Positions 38,067-48,754 are shown, counted from the stretch's first letter. The stretch: 64,000 nucleotides of DNA from Planctomycetota bacterium (GCA_965223545.1 OZ245006.1:7392001-7456000), one strand, 5' to 3'. Numbers and translations are program-made. Notes: generated from the sequence alone by a model not told the origin.

Positions 38067-40216
38067 CAGCTGAGGCGTACGGTGACACCGTAGGTCCTGG
38101 GACCCGCGCTCTCGCCGGCGAACAGAGTGGGGTCGGCGGGGTTGATCTGGAACGCGATGGGCACGTAGCGCTCGTCGAGCGCGTTCTCCATGAATCCCTC
38201 GATGCGCCAGCGCTCGCCACCGCCGCCGATGCGCAGGTTGAGCAGCTCGTAGCGCTCGCTCTGCAGGTTGCTGGCGTCGTAGTAGAACCTGCCGATCGAG
38301 TGGTAGTCGGCGCGGGCGAAGACCGCGTGTCCGTGTTCGCCGATCGGTGTCGAGTAGCGCGCGCCGACGCTGGCGGTGCGCTCGGGCGCGAACGGCAGGT
38401 CGTTGCCGGCGGTGTTCTGGCCGAACTGGTCGACGAACGCGTCGAACTCGGTGTCCAAGAATCCCAGGCTGCCGTAGACCTCGATCTGCTCGGTCGGCCG
38501 CAGCACGCACTCGAACTCGACGCCGCGGCTGGTCGACTCGCCGGCGTTGGTGACGTAGCCACCGGCGGTGGGGTCGAATTGGCTGAGCTGCATGTCGTCC
38601 CAATCGATGTGGAACACCGCCACGCTGCCCTCGACGCGGTGCGCTTCGCTGCCCGCCTTGAGGCCGAGCTCGTAGGTCCAGCTGGTCTCGGTGCCGAAGG
38701 CGGTGCGGCCGGCGGGCGCGGTGGTGTTGAAGCCACCTGCCTTGAAGCCGCGCGCGGCGAGGCCGTACGCCGAGAACTCGTCGGTCAGTCGGTATGCCAG
38801 GCTCACCCGTGGCAGCCATTCGCGGTCGCTGCGCGACGGTGCGCTGGCGCTCAGGGGAAAGCCGCTGAACGTGCGCTGCAGCTCGGCCTCCTTGTCCTCG
38901 TAGTCGAAGCGCAGCGCGCCGCTCAGCTCCAGCTGGCCGGCCGACAGGGTCGCTTGGCCGAAGCCGGCGAGGCCCCAGTCGTCGAAGGTGCCGGCCGCGG
39001 TGTCGGAGCCGACTTGGCCCGGTGGAAACAAGATGCCCGCGCCGCCGGCGCGGAACTCGTTGGTGGCCGCGCGTTCGCTGTCGCTGTAGAACCCGCTGAT
39101 CCCCACCAGCCAGCGCAGGGCCGTCCGCTCGCTGAACTGCACGCCGCGCTCTCCCCGGGATCCGACGCGCACCTCTTGGTACAGGTAGGTCTGCTCCTCC
39201 TGCGTGAAGCGGCGCACGCCGTCGATCGGCGAGAAGTCGAAGTCGGCGCTCTCCTCGATGCTCCAGTCCTGCACCGCGGTGATCGAGGTCAGCTCGAGGT
39301 CGCTGCCGCTGTGCGTGTAGTGCAGCGTGTTGGCCAGCACGTCGCGGTCGGCGGAGCCCTCGAAGTCCTGCGCGATGCGGTTGGGCGCGGCGCGGAGTCC
39401 GTTCAGCTCGGACAACACGAAACCGCCGTCGCGCGCCGCCTCGCCCCAGATCGTGTAGCGCAGCGTGTTGTGGGCGTCGGGCGTCCACACCAGCTGGCCG
39501 TGGCCGAACCAGCTGTCGCGGTCGTCGACGTCGTTGCCGGTCAGCGCGTTGGTGGTGTAGCCGTCGCGGTTCTCGTGGCTGACGCTCAAGCGCAGGTACA
39601 GCTCGTCGGCGACCAGGGGAGTGCTCAGGCCGGCGCGGAACTCCTCGCGGCCGAAGTTGCCGATCGTCGTCAGTGCCTCCAGCTCGGTCCGGTTGGTCGG
39701 TCGGCGCGAGTGCAGGTGGATTGCGCCACCCACGGTGTTGCGCCCGTACAGCGCGCTGCTGGGGCCGCGCAGGAACTCGACCCGCTCGACGTCCCAGAGC
39801 GGGAGGTTGGTGCTGCTGACCGACAGCTGCGGCACGCCGTCGACGAACGTGGTCACCGCCGGGTCGCCCTGACCGGAGCCGACGCCGCGCACGTAGGGGA
39901 ACGACAGCCGGCGGGAGGTGAACCCGGTGATCAGCGTGTTGGGCACCGAGCGCGCGGCTTCGGTGATGGTCTCGGCGCCGCGCTCCAAGAGCTCGTCGTA
40001 GCGCAGCGTGCTGAGGCTCTGCGGCACGTCACGCTCGGCTTCCTCCCACTTGCGCGCCGTGACCACGACGCGGCTGCCTTCGGTTTCGGCGACCGGTGGG
40101 TCCTGTGGCGTCGGGGCGGCGGCGGGCGGGGTCTGGCCGTGGACGGGCGCGACCGAGGCGAGCAGAACGAGGAGCGGCGCGGCAGAGCGCCGGGTCGGGG
40201 CGTTGGATCGAATCAC
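38063..40216 (-). CDS. TonB-dependent receptor (siderophore/FyuA-like)
   Basis: TonB box VVVTARK, plug ERVEFLRGPSSALYGRN, RGFKAGGFN, C-terminal RTYGVTVRLSW. Confidence 0.92.
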   Translation of the reverse strand: MIRSNAPTRRSAAPLLVLLASVAPVHGQTPPAAAPTPQDPPVAETEGSRVVVTARKWEEAERDVPQSLSTLRYDELLERGAETITEAARSVPNTLITGFTSRRLSFPYVRGVGSGQGDPAVTTFVDGVPQLSVSSTNLPLWDVERVEFLRGPSSALYGRNTVGGAIHLHSRRPTNRTELEALTTIGNFGREEFRAGLSTPLVADELYLRLSVSHENRDGYTTNALTGNDVDDRDSWFGHGQLVWTPDAHNTLRYTIWGEAARDGGFVLSELNGLRAAPNRIAQDFEGSADRDVLANTLHYTHSGSDLELTSITAVQDWSIEESADFDFSPIDGVRRFTQEEQTYLYQEVRVGSRGERGVQFSERTALRWLVGISGFYSDSERAATNEFRAGGAGILFPPGQVGSDTAAGTFDDWGLAGFGQATLSAGQLELSGALRFDYEDKEAELQRTFSGFPLSASAPSRSDREWLPRVSLAYRLTDEFSAYGLAARGFKAGGFNTTAPAGRTAFGTETSWTYELGLKAGSEAHRVEGSVAVFHIDWDDMQLSQFDPTAGGYVTNAGESTSRGVEFECVLRPTEQIEVYGSLGFLDTEFDAFVDQFGQNTAGNDLPFAPERTASVGARYSTPIGEHGHAVFARADYHSIGRFYYDASNLQSERYELLNLRIGGGGERWRIEGFMENALDERYVPIAFQINPADPTLFAGESAGPRTYGVTVRLSW

Positions 40217-40443
40217 GAGTGGCGGCGAAGTCTACGCGCGGGGTCGGGCACCGCGAACCGAAAGGAAGCCCAGCTACGCGCGCCGCGCGCTGCCCGCGAG
40301 TCGGACTTGCCGGCGGGGGCCGCTCAGCGCCGCCGATTGCCGCGGGTTTGGCTCGCAACGGGGCCACTGATGCCGTTAACAAGGGCGCCGGTGCCGCCGC
40401 GTACCGTCGCTATACTCGCTCTCCACGCCGCATGCGGCTGCTC

Positions 40444-42690
40444 ATGACCACGCGCCTCGCTCTCGTCATCGGTGCGGCCACCGCCGCAATCACCGTTTCC
40501 GGTTCGGCCCTCGCGCAGGATTGGCTGCGCTGGCGCGGTCCCGACCAGGCTGGCACCAGCCACGAAACCGAGCTGCCCGCGGCGCTGGCGCTGGACGGCG
40601 ACGGGGCGTGGAGCCTGGCCGTGCGCGGGCGGGGCACTCCGGTGGTGCACGGCGACCGCCTGTTCGCGATGGGCTACCGCGGCGAGGGGTTCGACGCGCA
40701 CGAGCTGTTGATGTGCGTCGACGTGGCGAGCGGCGCGATCGTCTGGGAGCACGACCTCACCGACTTTCTCAGCGACGTGGTCTACACCCGGTACGCGATC
40801 GGCAGCCCGACGGTCGATCCCGAGACCGGGCTGGTCTACTGCCTGTCCACGCCGGGCCTGCTGAGCTGCTTCACGCCGGATGGTGCGCTGCGTTGGCAGC
40901 ACTCGATGATGGAGGAGTACGGCCGCTGGACCTTTCCCAACGGCCGCACCGGGGCACCGCTGATCGAGGGGGATCTCGTGGTCGTCCACGTGGCGACCAG
41001 CAACTGGGGGCCGATGGGGCCGACGCGGGATCGGTTCTACGCCTTCGACAAGGCCGACGGCACCTCGGTGTGGAGCTGTACCCCGGGCGGACCGCCGAAG
41101 GATGGGTCGTTTTCGTTTCCGGTAGTGGCCGACGTCGAGGGCCGGCGGGTGCTGTACGCCGGCCTGGCGGGCGGGCATCTGGTGTGCGTCGATGTGCGCA
41201 CCGGCCAACCTCTGTGGCGCTTTCAGATGTCGATCGGCGGCATGTCCTCGAGCCCGCTGCTGTTCGGCGACACGGTGATCGCGATCCACGGCAAGGAGAA
41301 CGTCGACGACTCGACGATCGGGCGGATGGTGGCGCTGCGCCGCGGCGGCCTGCCGGCGCCCGGCGAGCCGGCGCAGGTGCGGGGCCTCGAGGCGGAGGTC
41401 TGGCGCAACGATCTGGTCGCGTTCACCAGCTCGCCGGTGCTGATCGGCGAACGGGTCTACGTCACGGTGGCCACCGGCGAGCTGTGCTGCGTCGACGCAA
41501 CGGACGGCACGGTGTTGTGGCAGGAGAAGCTGGCGCCCGACCAGATCCACGCCTCGCCGGTGTGGGCGGACGGCAAGCTCTACGTGCCGATGACCAACGG
41601 CTCGTTGCACGTCGTGCGGCCGAGCGATGGTGGTCCCGAGGTGCTGCAGAGTCTGCAGCTCGAGGGCAGCTGTCTGGGGGCGCCGGCGATCGCCGGTGGT
41701 CGGGTGTTCGTGCACACGACCGAGAAGCTGTACTGCCTGACCGGTGAGCCCGCGCCCGGTGCCGCCGGGCACGCGGCGGGGTGGCCGCCGACGCCACTGC
41801 AGCCGCAGGCTGGCGAGCCGGCGCAGCTACAGGTGCGCCCCGCCGATCTCGTCGTCGAGCAGGGCGAGTCGTTCGCGGTGCGCGTCGATCTGCTCGATGC
41901 CGCCGGCCGGCCCGTGCAGCGCGGCGTCGATGGAGTTGAGCTGCGCACCGAGGTCGAAGGAGTGCAGATGACGAGCGGCGGTGGCGCGGGCCGGATCGAG
42001 GTCGCCGCCGACGCGCCGCCGGCGGCGCGCGTACTGACCTTCGCGGCGGCCGAGCGCGAGGCCGGCATGCGCCTGCGCGTCGTGCCGCGGCTGCCGTTCG
42101 CCGACGACTTCGAGGACGCCGCGTTGCAGGCCGACGCCGCCGGCGTCCGTCGCGGCCCGGCGCGCCCGTGGTGGGTGGTGGCGGGGCCGCGCTGGGAGAT
42201 CGTCGAGTTCGAGGGCAATCAAGTGCTTGGCCGCACCCTGGTCAACCCGCTGTTCCAGCGCACCTGGAGCATGATCGGCCACCCGCGGCAGTCGAACTAC
42301 ACCGCCGCGATCGACGTCTACCTCGACGGCAACCGCCGCACGCTGGCCAGCGGCGGGCTGATCAACCAGCGCTACTTGTTCGCGCTGATGGGCAACTACC
42401 AGGAGCTGTGGGTGACCTCCAACGAGGAGTCGCTGCGCCAGGTGGTGCCGATCGAGCTCAAGGCCAAGACGTGGTACCGGCTCGTGACTCGGGTCGATCT
42501 CGACGCGGACGGTGGCGCCATGCTGCGCGCCAAGGCTTGGCCCCGCGACGGCGAAGAGCCATCGGCGTGGACCTTGGAGGTGCCGCACGCCGTCGCCCAC
42601 CGGCACGGCTCGCCCGGCCTGTACGGCTTCACTCCGCAGAACCGATTCACTTGCTACTTCGACAACCTGACCGTGACCCCCAATGAGTGA
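40444..42690 (+). CDS. Secreted PQQ-like beta-propeller with C-terminal beta-sandwich/lectin-like domain
   Basis: Signal peptide, QDWLRWRGP, blade repeats; C-terminus RAKAWPRDGEEP..W..GSPGLYG..YFDNLTV. Start may be 40432. Confidence 0.85.
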   Translation: MTTRLALVIGAATAAITVSGSALAQDWLRWRGPDQAGTSHETELPAALALDGDGAWSLAVRGRGTPVVHGDRLFAMGYRGEGFDAHELLMCVDVASGAIVWEHDLTDFLSDVVYTRYAIGSPTVDPETGLVYCLSTPGLLSCFTPDGALRWQHSMMEEYGRWTFPNGRTGAPLIEGDLVVVHVATSNWGPMGPTRDRFYAFDKADGTSVWSCTPGGPPKDGSFSFPVVADVEGRRVLYAGLAGGHLVCVDVRTGQPLWRFQMSIGGMSSSPLLFGDTVIAIHGKENVDDSTIGRMVALRRGGLPAPGEPAQVRGLEAEVWRNDLVAFTSSPVLIGERVYVTVATGELCCVDATDGTVLWQEKLAPDQIHASPVWADGKLYVPMTNGSLHVVRPSDGGPEVLQSLQLEGSCLGAPAIAGGRVFVHTTEKLYCLTGEPAPGAAGHAAGWPPTPLQPQAGEPAQLQVRPADLVVEQGESFAVRVDLLDAAGRPVQRGVDGVELRTEVEGVQMTSGGGAGRIEVAADAPPAARVLTFAAAEREAGMRLRVVPRLPFADDFEDAALQADAAGVRRGPARPWWVVAGPRWEIVEFEGNQVLGRTLVNPLFQRTWSMIGHPRQSNYTAAIDVYLDGNRRTLASGGLINQRYLFALMGNYQELWVTSNEESLRQVVPIELKAKTWYRLVTRVDLDADGGAMLRAKAWPRDGEEPSAWTLEVPHAVAHRHGSPGLYGFTPQNRFTCYFDNLTVTPNE

Positions 42691-44227
42691 ACTCACCCTT
42701 TCCGGCGCGTTGGCCGCCCTCGTGTGCAGTGCAGTTCTTGCCGTGACGCCGACGGTCGCGGCGCAGAGCGATTGGCCGGCGTGGGGGCGCGACGCGTCGC
42801 GCAACATGGTCGCCGACGTCGAGGGATTGCCGCACACCTTCGAGGCCGGCAAGTTCATCGGCGACAGCGAAGACATCGACATGGCGACCACGCGCAACAT
42901 CAAGTGGATCGCCAAGCTGGGCTCGCAGAGCTACGGCAACCCGACCGTGGCCGGCGGCCGGGTGTTCGTCGGCACCAACAACGACGTGCCGCGCGATCCG
43001 CGCTTCGTCGGGGACCGCAGCTGCGTCTACTGCTTCGACGAGGAAACCGGCGAGTTCCTGTGGCAGCTCAACGTGCCCAAGCTCGGCACCGGCAAGGTCA
43101 GCGACTGGGAGTTCTTGGGCATCTGCTCGTCGCCGGCAGTCGAGGGGGATCGCGTCTATTTGGTGACCAACCGGTGCGAGGTGATGTGTCTCGACGTGAA
43201 CGGGATGGCCGACGGCAACGACGGCCCGTTCAAAGGCGAGGGCCAGTACATGGCCGGCCCGGGCGCGGAACCCATGGAGGTCACCGCCACCGATGCCGAC
43301 ATCATCTGGGCGACCAACATGATCGACGAGTGCGGTGTGTTTCCGCACAACATCACCAGCTGCTCGGTGATGGTGGTCGGTGACCAGGTGTGGACCGCGA
43401 CCTCCAACGGCGTGGACTACGGTCACGTGACGACGCCGGCGCCGAACGCGCCGTGCTTGATCGTGGTCGACAAGAACACCGGTGCGCTGCTCGGCGAGGA
43501 GTCTTCGGGTCTGAGCCGGCGCATCTTCCACAGCAACTGGTCGTCGCCGGCGTTCTTGGAGACCGAGGACACCCGGCTGGTGATCTTTGGTGGACCGGAT
43601 GGCGTGGTCTACGCGTTCAAGCCCGAGCCGGTGCCCGAGGACGACTTCAACGTGCTGGAGCTGGCCTGGCAGTTCGACGCCAATCCACCCGAGTACCGGA
43701 TGCGCGATGGTGAGCCCATCAAGTACGCGACCCGCAAGGGGCCCAGCGAAGTGCTGGCCACGCCGGTGGTCCACGAGGGCAGGGTCTACGCCTTGATCGG
43801 TCAGGACCCCGAGCACGGCGAGGGGGTGGGCAACATGGTTTGTCTGGACGCGGCGGGCAACGAGGTGTGGTCGTATCGCAAGATCCACCGCTCGCTGTCG
43901 ACGCTGTCGGTGCACGATGGCCTGGTGTTCGCCGCGGACTACTCGGGCTTCCTGTACTGTTTGGACGCCGACACCGGTGAGGAGAAGTGGGTGCACGACA
44001 CCGCCGCGCACATCTGGGGATCCACGCTGGTCGCCGACGGCCGCGTGTTCGTCGGCACCGAGGACGGGTTCCTGGTCGCGCTGCCGGCGACTGCCGAGTA
44101 CGACGAAGGCAAGGTGCAGGAGTTCGACTTCAGCGCGGCGCAGATCTACAGCTCCCCGATCGCCGCCAACGGCGTGCTCTACCTCGCCACCCACACCCAC
44201 CTCTACGCCATCGCCGAGGTCGAGTAG
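42683..44227 (+). CDS. Secreted PQQ-like beta-propeller (acidic, Cys-rich)
   Basis: DWPAWGRDASRN, YGNPTVAGGRVFVGTNN, blade repeats. Overlaps the previous gene. Confidence 0.88.
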   Translation: MSELTLSGALAALVCSAVLAVTPTVAAQSDWPAWGRDASRNMVADVEGLPHTFEAGKFIGDSEDIDMATTRNIKWIAKLGSQSYGNPTVAGGRVFVGTNNDVPRDPRFVGDRSCVYCFDEETGEFLWQLNVPKLGTGKVSDWEFLGICSSPAVEGDRVYLVTNRCEVMCLDVNGMADGNDGPFKGEGQYMAGPGAEPMEVTATDADIIWATNMIDECGVFPHNITSCSVMVVGDQVWTATSNGVDYGHVTTPAPNAPCLIVVDKNTGALLGEESSGLSRRIFHSNWSSPAFLETEDTRLVIFGGPDGVVYAFKPEPVPEDDFNVLELAWQFDANPPEYRMRDGEPIKYATRKGPSEVLATPVVHEGRVYALIGQDPEHGEGVGNMVCLDAAGNEVWSYRKIHRSLSTLSVHDGLVFAADYSGFLYCLDADTGEEKWVHDTAAHIWGSTLVADGRVFVGTEDGFLVALPATAEYDEGKVQEFDFSAAQIYSSPIAANGVLYLATHTHLYAIAEVE

Positions 44228-44230
44228 TCC

Positions 44231-44539
44231 TTGGCGCCCGACGGAGCGGACCGGGTGGCGCGCGCGCCGCTGAGCGGCAAGGGGCGACTCGCGTGGGGGC
44301 TGGTCGTGTTGCTGGCGATCGTGCACTACGACTTTTGGTACTGGGGTGACGAGACGGCCGTGTTCGGCTTCATTCCGATCGGACTGTTCTTCCACGCGCT
44401 GATCTCGCTCGCGGCCGGCTGCGTCTGGGCGATGGTGGTCGCGTGGGCCTGGCCGTCGTGGATCGAGGCCTGGGCCGCCGGTGACGTCGGCAGCGCTGCG
44501 GACGGCGACCCCGCGGGCGACCCGCGGGGCGGGGAGTAG
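44231..44539 (+). CDS. DUF3311-like small membrane protein (symporter accessory)
   Basis: Two TM helices, HYDFWYW, FGFIPIG; directly upstream of the SSS symporter. Start uncertain. Confidence 0.7.
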   Translation: MAPDGADRVARAPLSGKGRLAWGLVVLLAIVHYDFWYWGDETAVFGFIPIGLFFHALISLAAGCVWAMVVAWAWPSWIEAWAAGDVGSAADGDPAGDPRGGE

Positions 44540-44542
44540 CGC

Positions 44543-46126
44543 ATGCTGGCCGCTGCCGACCTGTCGGCGCTCTACGTGATCGCGGGCTACGTCAGCCTGC
44601 TGCTGCTGTTCGCGGTGGCGACGCAGGTGCGGGCGCGGCGGAGCAGCGCGGATTACTTCGTCGCCGGGCGATCGATCGGGCCGTTCCTGCTGCTGATGAG
44701 CGTGTTCGGCACCACGATGACCGCGTTCGCGCTGGTGGGGTCCACCGGCAAGGCGTTCGAGAGCGGCATCGGCGTCTACGGCTTGATGGCGTCGACCTCG
44801 GGCATCGTGCACTCGCTGGTGTTCTTCGCCGTCGGCATTCGGCTGTGGGCGATCGGCAAGCGCTACGGCTACGTCACCCAGATCCAGTTCTTTCGCGCGC
44901 GGTTCGCCAGCGACGGCCTGGGGACGCTGTTGTTCCCGATCCTGGTCGCGCTGGTGATCCCGTACCTGCTGATCGGGCTGCTCGGCGCGGGCTCGGTGCT
45001 GCGCGGAATCACCGTCGGCATGTTCCCCGACACGTTTGCCGGGGTCACGCTGCCCAGCGGCGAGACGCGGTTCGCGGGCGCGGTGCCGCCGTGGCTGACC
45101 GGCTTGCTCGTCTGTCTGGTGGTGCTGTCCTACATCATCACCGGCGGCGTGCGCGCCGCGGCGATGGCCAACGCCTGCCAGACCTGCGTGTTCATGGCGG
45201 TCGGCGTGCTCGCCTTCGTCTTGATCTCCGACTCGCTCGGCGGCGTGGTCGCCGCCACCGAGAAGGTGCGGGAAGTCGCGCCGGAGCTGCTGACGCGCAC
45301 CGAAACCATCGGCCATCTCCAGTTCTTGAGCTACGCGTTCGTGCCGCTGTCGGTCGGCATGTTTCCGCACCTGTTCCAGCATTGGTTGACGGCGCGCAGC
45401 GCGAAGACGTTCCGCACCACGGTGATCGCGCATCCGATCTTCATCGCCATCGTCTGGGTGCCCTGCGTGCTGATCGGGATCTGGGCGGCGGGCGCCGGCA
45501 TCCAAGCGCCGGGCGGCAACTCCAACGCGGTGCTGGCGGCGATGGTGTCGCGCCAGCTGCACAACGAGTGGATCACCGGTCTGCTGACCGCGGGTATCCT
45601 GGCGGCGATCATGTCGTCGCTGGACTCGCAGTTCGTCTGTCTGGGCACGATCTTCACGCACGACATCGTCGTGCACCACGCCGGCGAGGAGCGCTTCAGC
45701 GACCGGCAGAAGGTGCTGCTGGGCCGTATGTTCATCTTCGGCATCGTCGCCGTCACCTACGTGCTGTCGCTGTTCCCGCCGCCGAGCATCTTCGATCTGG
45801 CGGTCTGGTGCTTCAGCGGCTTCGCCAGCCTGTTCCCGCTGGTGTTTGCCGCGATCTACTGGCGACGGGCGACGCGCGCCGGCGCCATCGCCTCGGTGTT
45901 GGCGGCGGCGGGGACGTGGCTGTGGTTGTTCTACGACGGCTTGGTGGTGCCGACCATGGCCGGTGAGCGCTTGGAGGGGGACTACCTCGTGATGGGCATG
46001 ATGCCGGTCGCGGTGATGTTCGCGGCCTCGGCCAGTGCGCTGGTCGTCGTCAGTCTGCTCACCACGCCGCCGCCGCCGTCGGTGGTGGAGCGCTTCTTCG
46101 ACCTGCCCGAGCGCAAGGAGGCGTGA
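44543..46126 (+). CDS. Sodium:solute symporter (SSS family)
   Basis: DYFVAGRSIG, GGVRA, LAAIMSSLDSQ, YWRRATRAGA; about 13 TM helices. Confidence 0.93.
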   Translation: MLAAADLSALYVIAGYVSLLLLFAVATQVRARRSSADYFVAGRSIGPFLLLMSVFGTTMTAFALVGSTGKAFESGIGVYGLMASTSGIVHSLVFFAVGIRLWAIGKRYGYVTQIQFFRARFASDGLGTLLFPILVALVIPYLLIGLLGAGSVLRGITVGMFPDTFAGVTLPSGETRFAGAVPPWLTGLLVCLVVLSYIITGGVRAAAMANACQTCVFMAVGVLAFVLISDSLGGVVAATEKVREVAPELLTRTETIGHLQFLSYAFVPLSVGMFPHLFQHWLTARSAKTFRTTVIAHPIFIAIVWVPCVLIGIWAAGAGIQAPGGNSNAVLAAMVSRQLHNEWITGLLTAGILAAIMSSLDSQFVCLGTIFTHDIVVHHAGEERFSDRQKVLLGRMFIFGIVAVTYVLSLFPPPSIFDLAVWCFSGFASLFPLVFAAIYWRRATRAGAIASVLAAAGTWLWLFYDGLVVPTMAGERLEGDYLVMGMMPVAVMFAASASALVVVSLLTTPPPPSVVERFFDLPERKEA

Positions 46127-47202
46127 TGAGTGCGGTTTCCGACACGGCGGTCAGCGAGGCGCGCGAGGCCCTGGACGCGCATCTGCGCGAGATCGTGCAG
46201 TGGCACTTCTCGCTCGAGACCGGCACGCCGTACTGGCTCGACTGGGCGCGGCAGCACGGCTTCGACCCTGGCGCGATCAGCGGCGTGCAGGATCTGACGC
46301 TGCTGCCGCACTTCGACGGCGAGCTGCTGCGCACCGAGCCGCACGAGCGCTTCGTGCCAAGCGCCTACGCCGGCTGGCCGTTCACCATCTTCGAGACCGG
46401 CGGCACCACCGGCCTGCCAAAGCAGCGCATCGGCTGGGAGGACTACAAGCACGACTACGAGCAGTTCTCCGCCACCCTCGACGACCGCCACTTTCCGCAC
46501 GGCGGCTACTGGTTGATGATCGGCCCGACCGGCCCGCGACGGCTGCGGCTGGCGATCGAGCACCTGGCCAACTTCCGCGGGTCGTCGTGCTACTTCGTCG
46601 ATCTCGATCCGCGTTGGGTCAAGAAGCTGATCGCCAACCGCGAGTTCGGTCAGGCCAAGGCCTACATGGCGCACGTCATCGACCAAGCGGTTGCGATCCT
46701 GCGCAAGCGCTCGGTTTCAGTGCTCTTCACCACACCGAAGTTGCTCGAGGAGCTCGGTGAGCGCCTGTCGATTCCCGACGCGGGCGTCGTCGGCGTGTTC
46801 TGCGGCGGCACGACGATGACGCCACAGACGACGCGCTTTCTGATCGAAGAGGTGCTCGAGAACCGCGTCGGCTTCGTGCCCACCTACGGCAACACGTTGA
46901 TGGGCCTGGCCGCGCACAAGAAGTCGCTGGTCGAGGACCGCTACTCGATCACCTACTACGCGCCGCAACCCCGCGCGATACTGCGCGTCGTCGACCCCGA
47001 CAACACCGACCGCGAGGTCGACTACGACCAGTGGGGGCGCGTCGAGCTGACGACGCTGACCCACGAGCTGTTCCTGCCGCGGTTCTTGGAGCGGGACGAG
47101 GCCCTGCGCCGCCGGCCGTGCGCGGATTACCCCTGGGACGGGGTCGGCGAAGTGCGACCGTTCGCCTCGCAGGCCGAGGCGATCGTCGAGGGGGTCTATT
47201 GA
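46126..47202 (+). CDS. EhpF-like adenylating enzyme (atypical ANL / PaaK-LuxE-like)
   Basis: WHFSLETGTPYW, ETGGTTGLPK, DLDPRWVK, TTP, GGT, YGNT, ERD and terminal EGVY match motifs recalled from Pantoea EhpF. Confidence 0.8.
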   Translation: MSAVSDTAVSEAREALDAHLREIVQWHFSLETGTPYWLDWARQHGFDPGAISGVQDLTLLPHFDGELLRTEPHERFVPSAYAGWPFTIFETGGTTGLPKQRIGWEDYKHDYEQFSATLDDRHFPHGGYWLMIGPTGPRRLRLAIEHLANFRGSSCYFVDLDPRWVKKLIANREFGQAKAYMAHVIDQAVAILRKRSVSVLFTTPKLLEELGERLSIPDAGVVGVFCGGTTMTPQTTRFLIEEVLENRVGFVPTYGNTLMGLAAHKKSLVEDRYSITYYAPQPRAILRVVDPDNTDREVDYDQWGRVELTTLTHELFLPRFLERDEALRRRPCADYPWDGVGEVRPFASQAEAIVEGVY

Positions 47203-47272
47203 GCGTCGTTGTTCGAGAACTCGAGGTCGGCCAAGAGGCCGACCTTCGCGTCCTTCGTGCTGGCATGTTTCC

Positions 47273-48754
47273 ATGTCCGAGACCCCGCCCAGCGTCGTCG
47301 AGGGGTGTCCGGTGAGCGGCGTGCTGCACATTCCGATTCTGCGCGCCGGCGTGGAGTACGAGAGTCTGGAGCAGGTCGAGGTCAAGAGCCACCGCGACGG
47401 CCGGGTGATGGCGCGCGTGAGTCAGGCCAACGCCGGGATGGTGCGGCGCGATCTGCGCAGCTGCGAGGAGCGCACGGCTCCGCTGCGCGCGATGCCGATG
47501 GCGCAGCTGCTGTCGATCTGCAAGGCCGCCGGTGAGCTGTTCTTGCGCGGCTCGTTGCCGCTCAGCGACGACGGGCCGGCGCTCTCGGCCGACGAGTTCG
47601 TAGCACTGCTGAGCCACACCAGCGGGCTGCCGCACAGCCTGTGCCGGCGCAACATGCAGAAGGTGTTCTCGGTGTTCGACGAGATGCCGACGATTCTGCG
47701 CGGCTTGACGCGCGGCATGGATCCGGGCGTGATCGACGCCGCCGAGGGTGAGCACTTGGGCATCCCGCTGTGCTACGGCAGCACCACGCCGGTGCTCGGG
47801 GTCGTGCTGCCGAGCAACTCCCCCGGCGTCAACTCGATCTGGATTCCGGCGCTGGCGCTGAAGACGGCGGTGGTGCTCAAGCCGGGCCGCGACGAGCCGT
47901 GGACGCCGGCGCGCATCGCGCGCGCGTTCTTCGCCGCCGGCCTGCCGCGCTGTGCGTTCAGCGTGTATCCCACCGACCACGAGGGCTCGGCGGCGATCCT
48001 CGATCGCTGTGGCCGGTCGCTGTTGTTCGGCGACGAGTCTGTGACCAAGATCTACGCCGGCGATCCCCGCGTGCAGATCCACGGACCGGGCCGCAGCAAG
48101 GTGTTGATCGGCGATGACGCCATCGAGGACTGGCCGGCGCTGCTCGATGTGCTCGTGGCGTCGGTGGCCGACAACGGCGGACGCAGCTGCATCAACGCCT
48201 CGTCCATCTTCGTGCCGCGGCACGGCGACGCGGTGGCGGCCGCGCTCGCCGAGCGTTTGGCGGGAATCGAGCCGCGCCCCGCCGACGACCCCGAGGCCCG
48301 GCTGTCGGCGTTCGCCAAGCCTGCCGTGTGCGCGGCGATCGACGGCGCCATCGAGCGGGGCCTGGCGGCGGGCGGTGCCGAAGACGTCACCCAGCGGGTG
48401 CGCGGCACACCGCGCGCGTGCGCGATCGGCGACAGCCATTTCCTGCGGCCGACCGTGGTGCGCTGCGCCGGTCTCGACCACCCGCTGGCGCGCACCGAGT
48501 ACCTGTTCCCGTTCTGCAGTGTCGTCGAGGTGCCGGCGGATCGTATGGCGGAGCGGATCGGGCCGAGCCTGGTGGTGACCGCGATCACCCGCGACCGGGC
48601 GCTGATCGATCAGCTGGTGCGCTCGCCGCACGTCGACCGGCTCAATCTCGGGCCGGTGCCCACCTCGGTCGTCGAGTGGGATCAACCGCACGAGGGCAAT
48701 CTGTTCGAGCTGTTGTACGAACGACGCGCGTTCCAGCGTGCCGAGGGGTGGTGA
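47273..48754 (+). CDS. Aldehyde dehydrogenase-superfamily protein (EhpG/LuxC-like acyl reductase)
   Basis: LPSNSP, LKP, catalytic Cys in DNGGRSCINAS, EYLFP; HGPGRSK sits where ELGGK normally is. Confidence 0.82.
   Translation: MSETPPSVVEGCPVSGVLHIPILRAGVEYESLEQVEVKSHRDGRVMARVSQANAGMVRRDLRSCEERTAPLRAMPMAQLLSICKAAGELFLRGSLPLSDDGPALSADEFVALLSHTSGLPHSLCRRNMQKVFSVFDEMPTILRGLTRGMDPGVIDAAEGEHLGIPLCYGSTTPVLGVVLPSNSPGVNSIWIPALALKTAVVLKPGRDEPWTPARIARAFFAAGLPRCAFSVYPTDHEGSAAILDRCGRSLLFGDESVTKIYAGDPRVQIHGPGRSKVLIGDDAIEDWPALLDVLVASVADNGGRSCINASSIFVPRHGDAVAAALAERLAGIEPRPADDPEARLSAFAKPAVCAAIDGAIERGLAAGGAEDVTQRVRGTPRACAIGDSHFLRPTVVRCAGLDHPLARTEYLFPFCSVVEVPADRMAERIGPSLVVTAITRDRALIDQLVRSPHVDRLNLGPVPTSVVEWDQPHEGNLFELLYERRAFQRAEGW

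Noticed and set aside
40217..40443. Cobalamin riboswitch or Fur box upstream of the TonB receptor
   Set aside because: No B12-box or AT-rich Fur palindrome recognised; only a possible TATACT -10 at 40411-40416 for the + strand operon.
46126..48754. Phenazine or bioluminescence (lux) cluster
   Set aside because: No phzA-G, luxAB or luxD genes in the window; only the reductase-like module is present.
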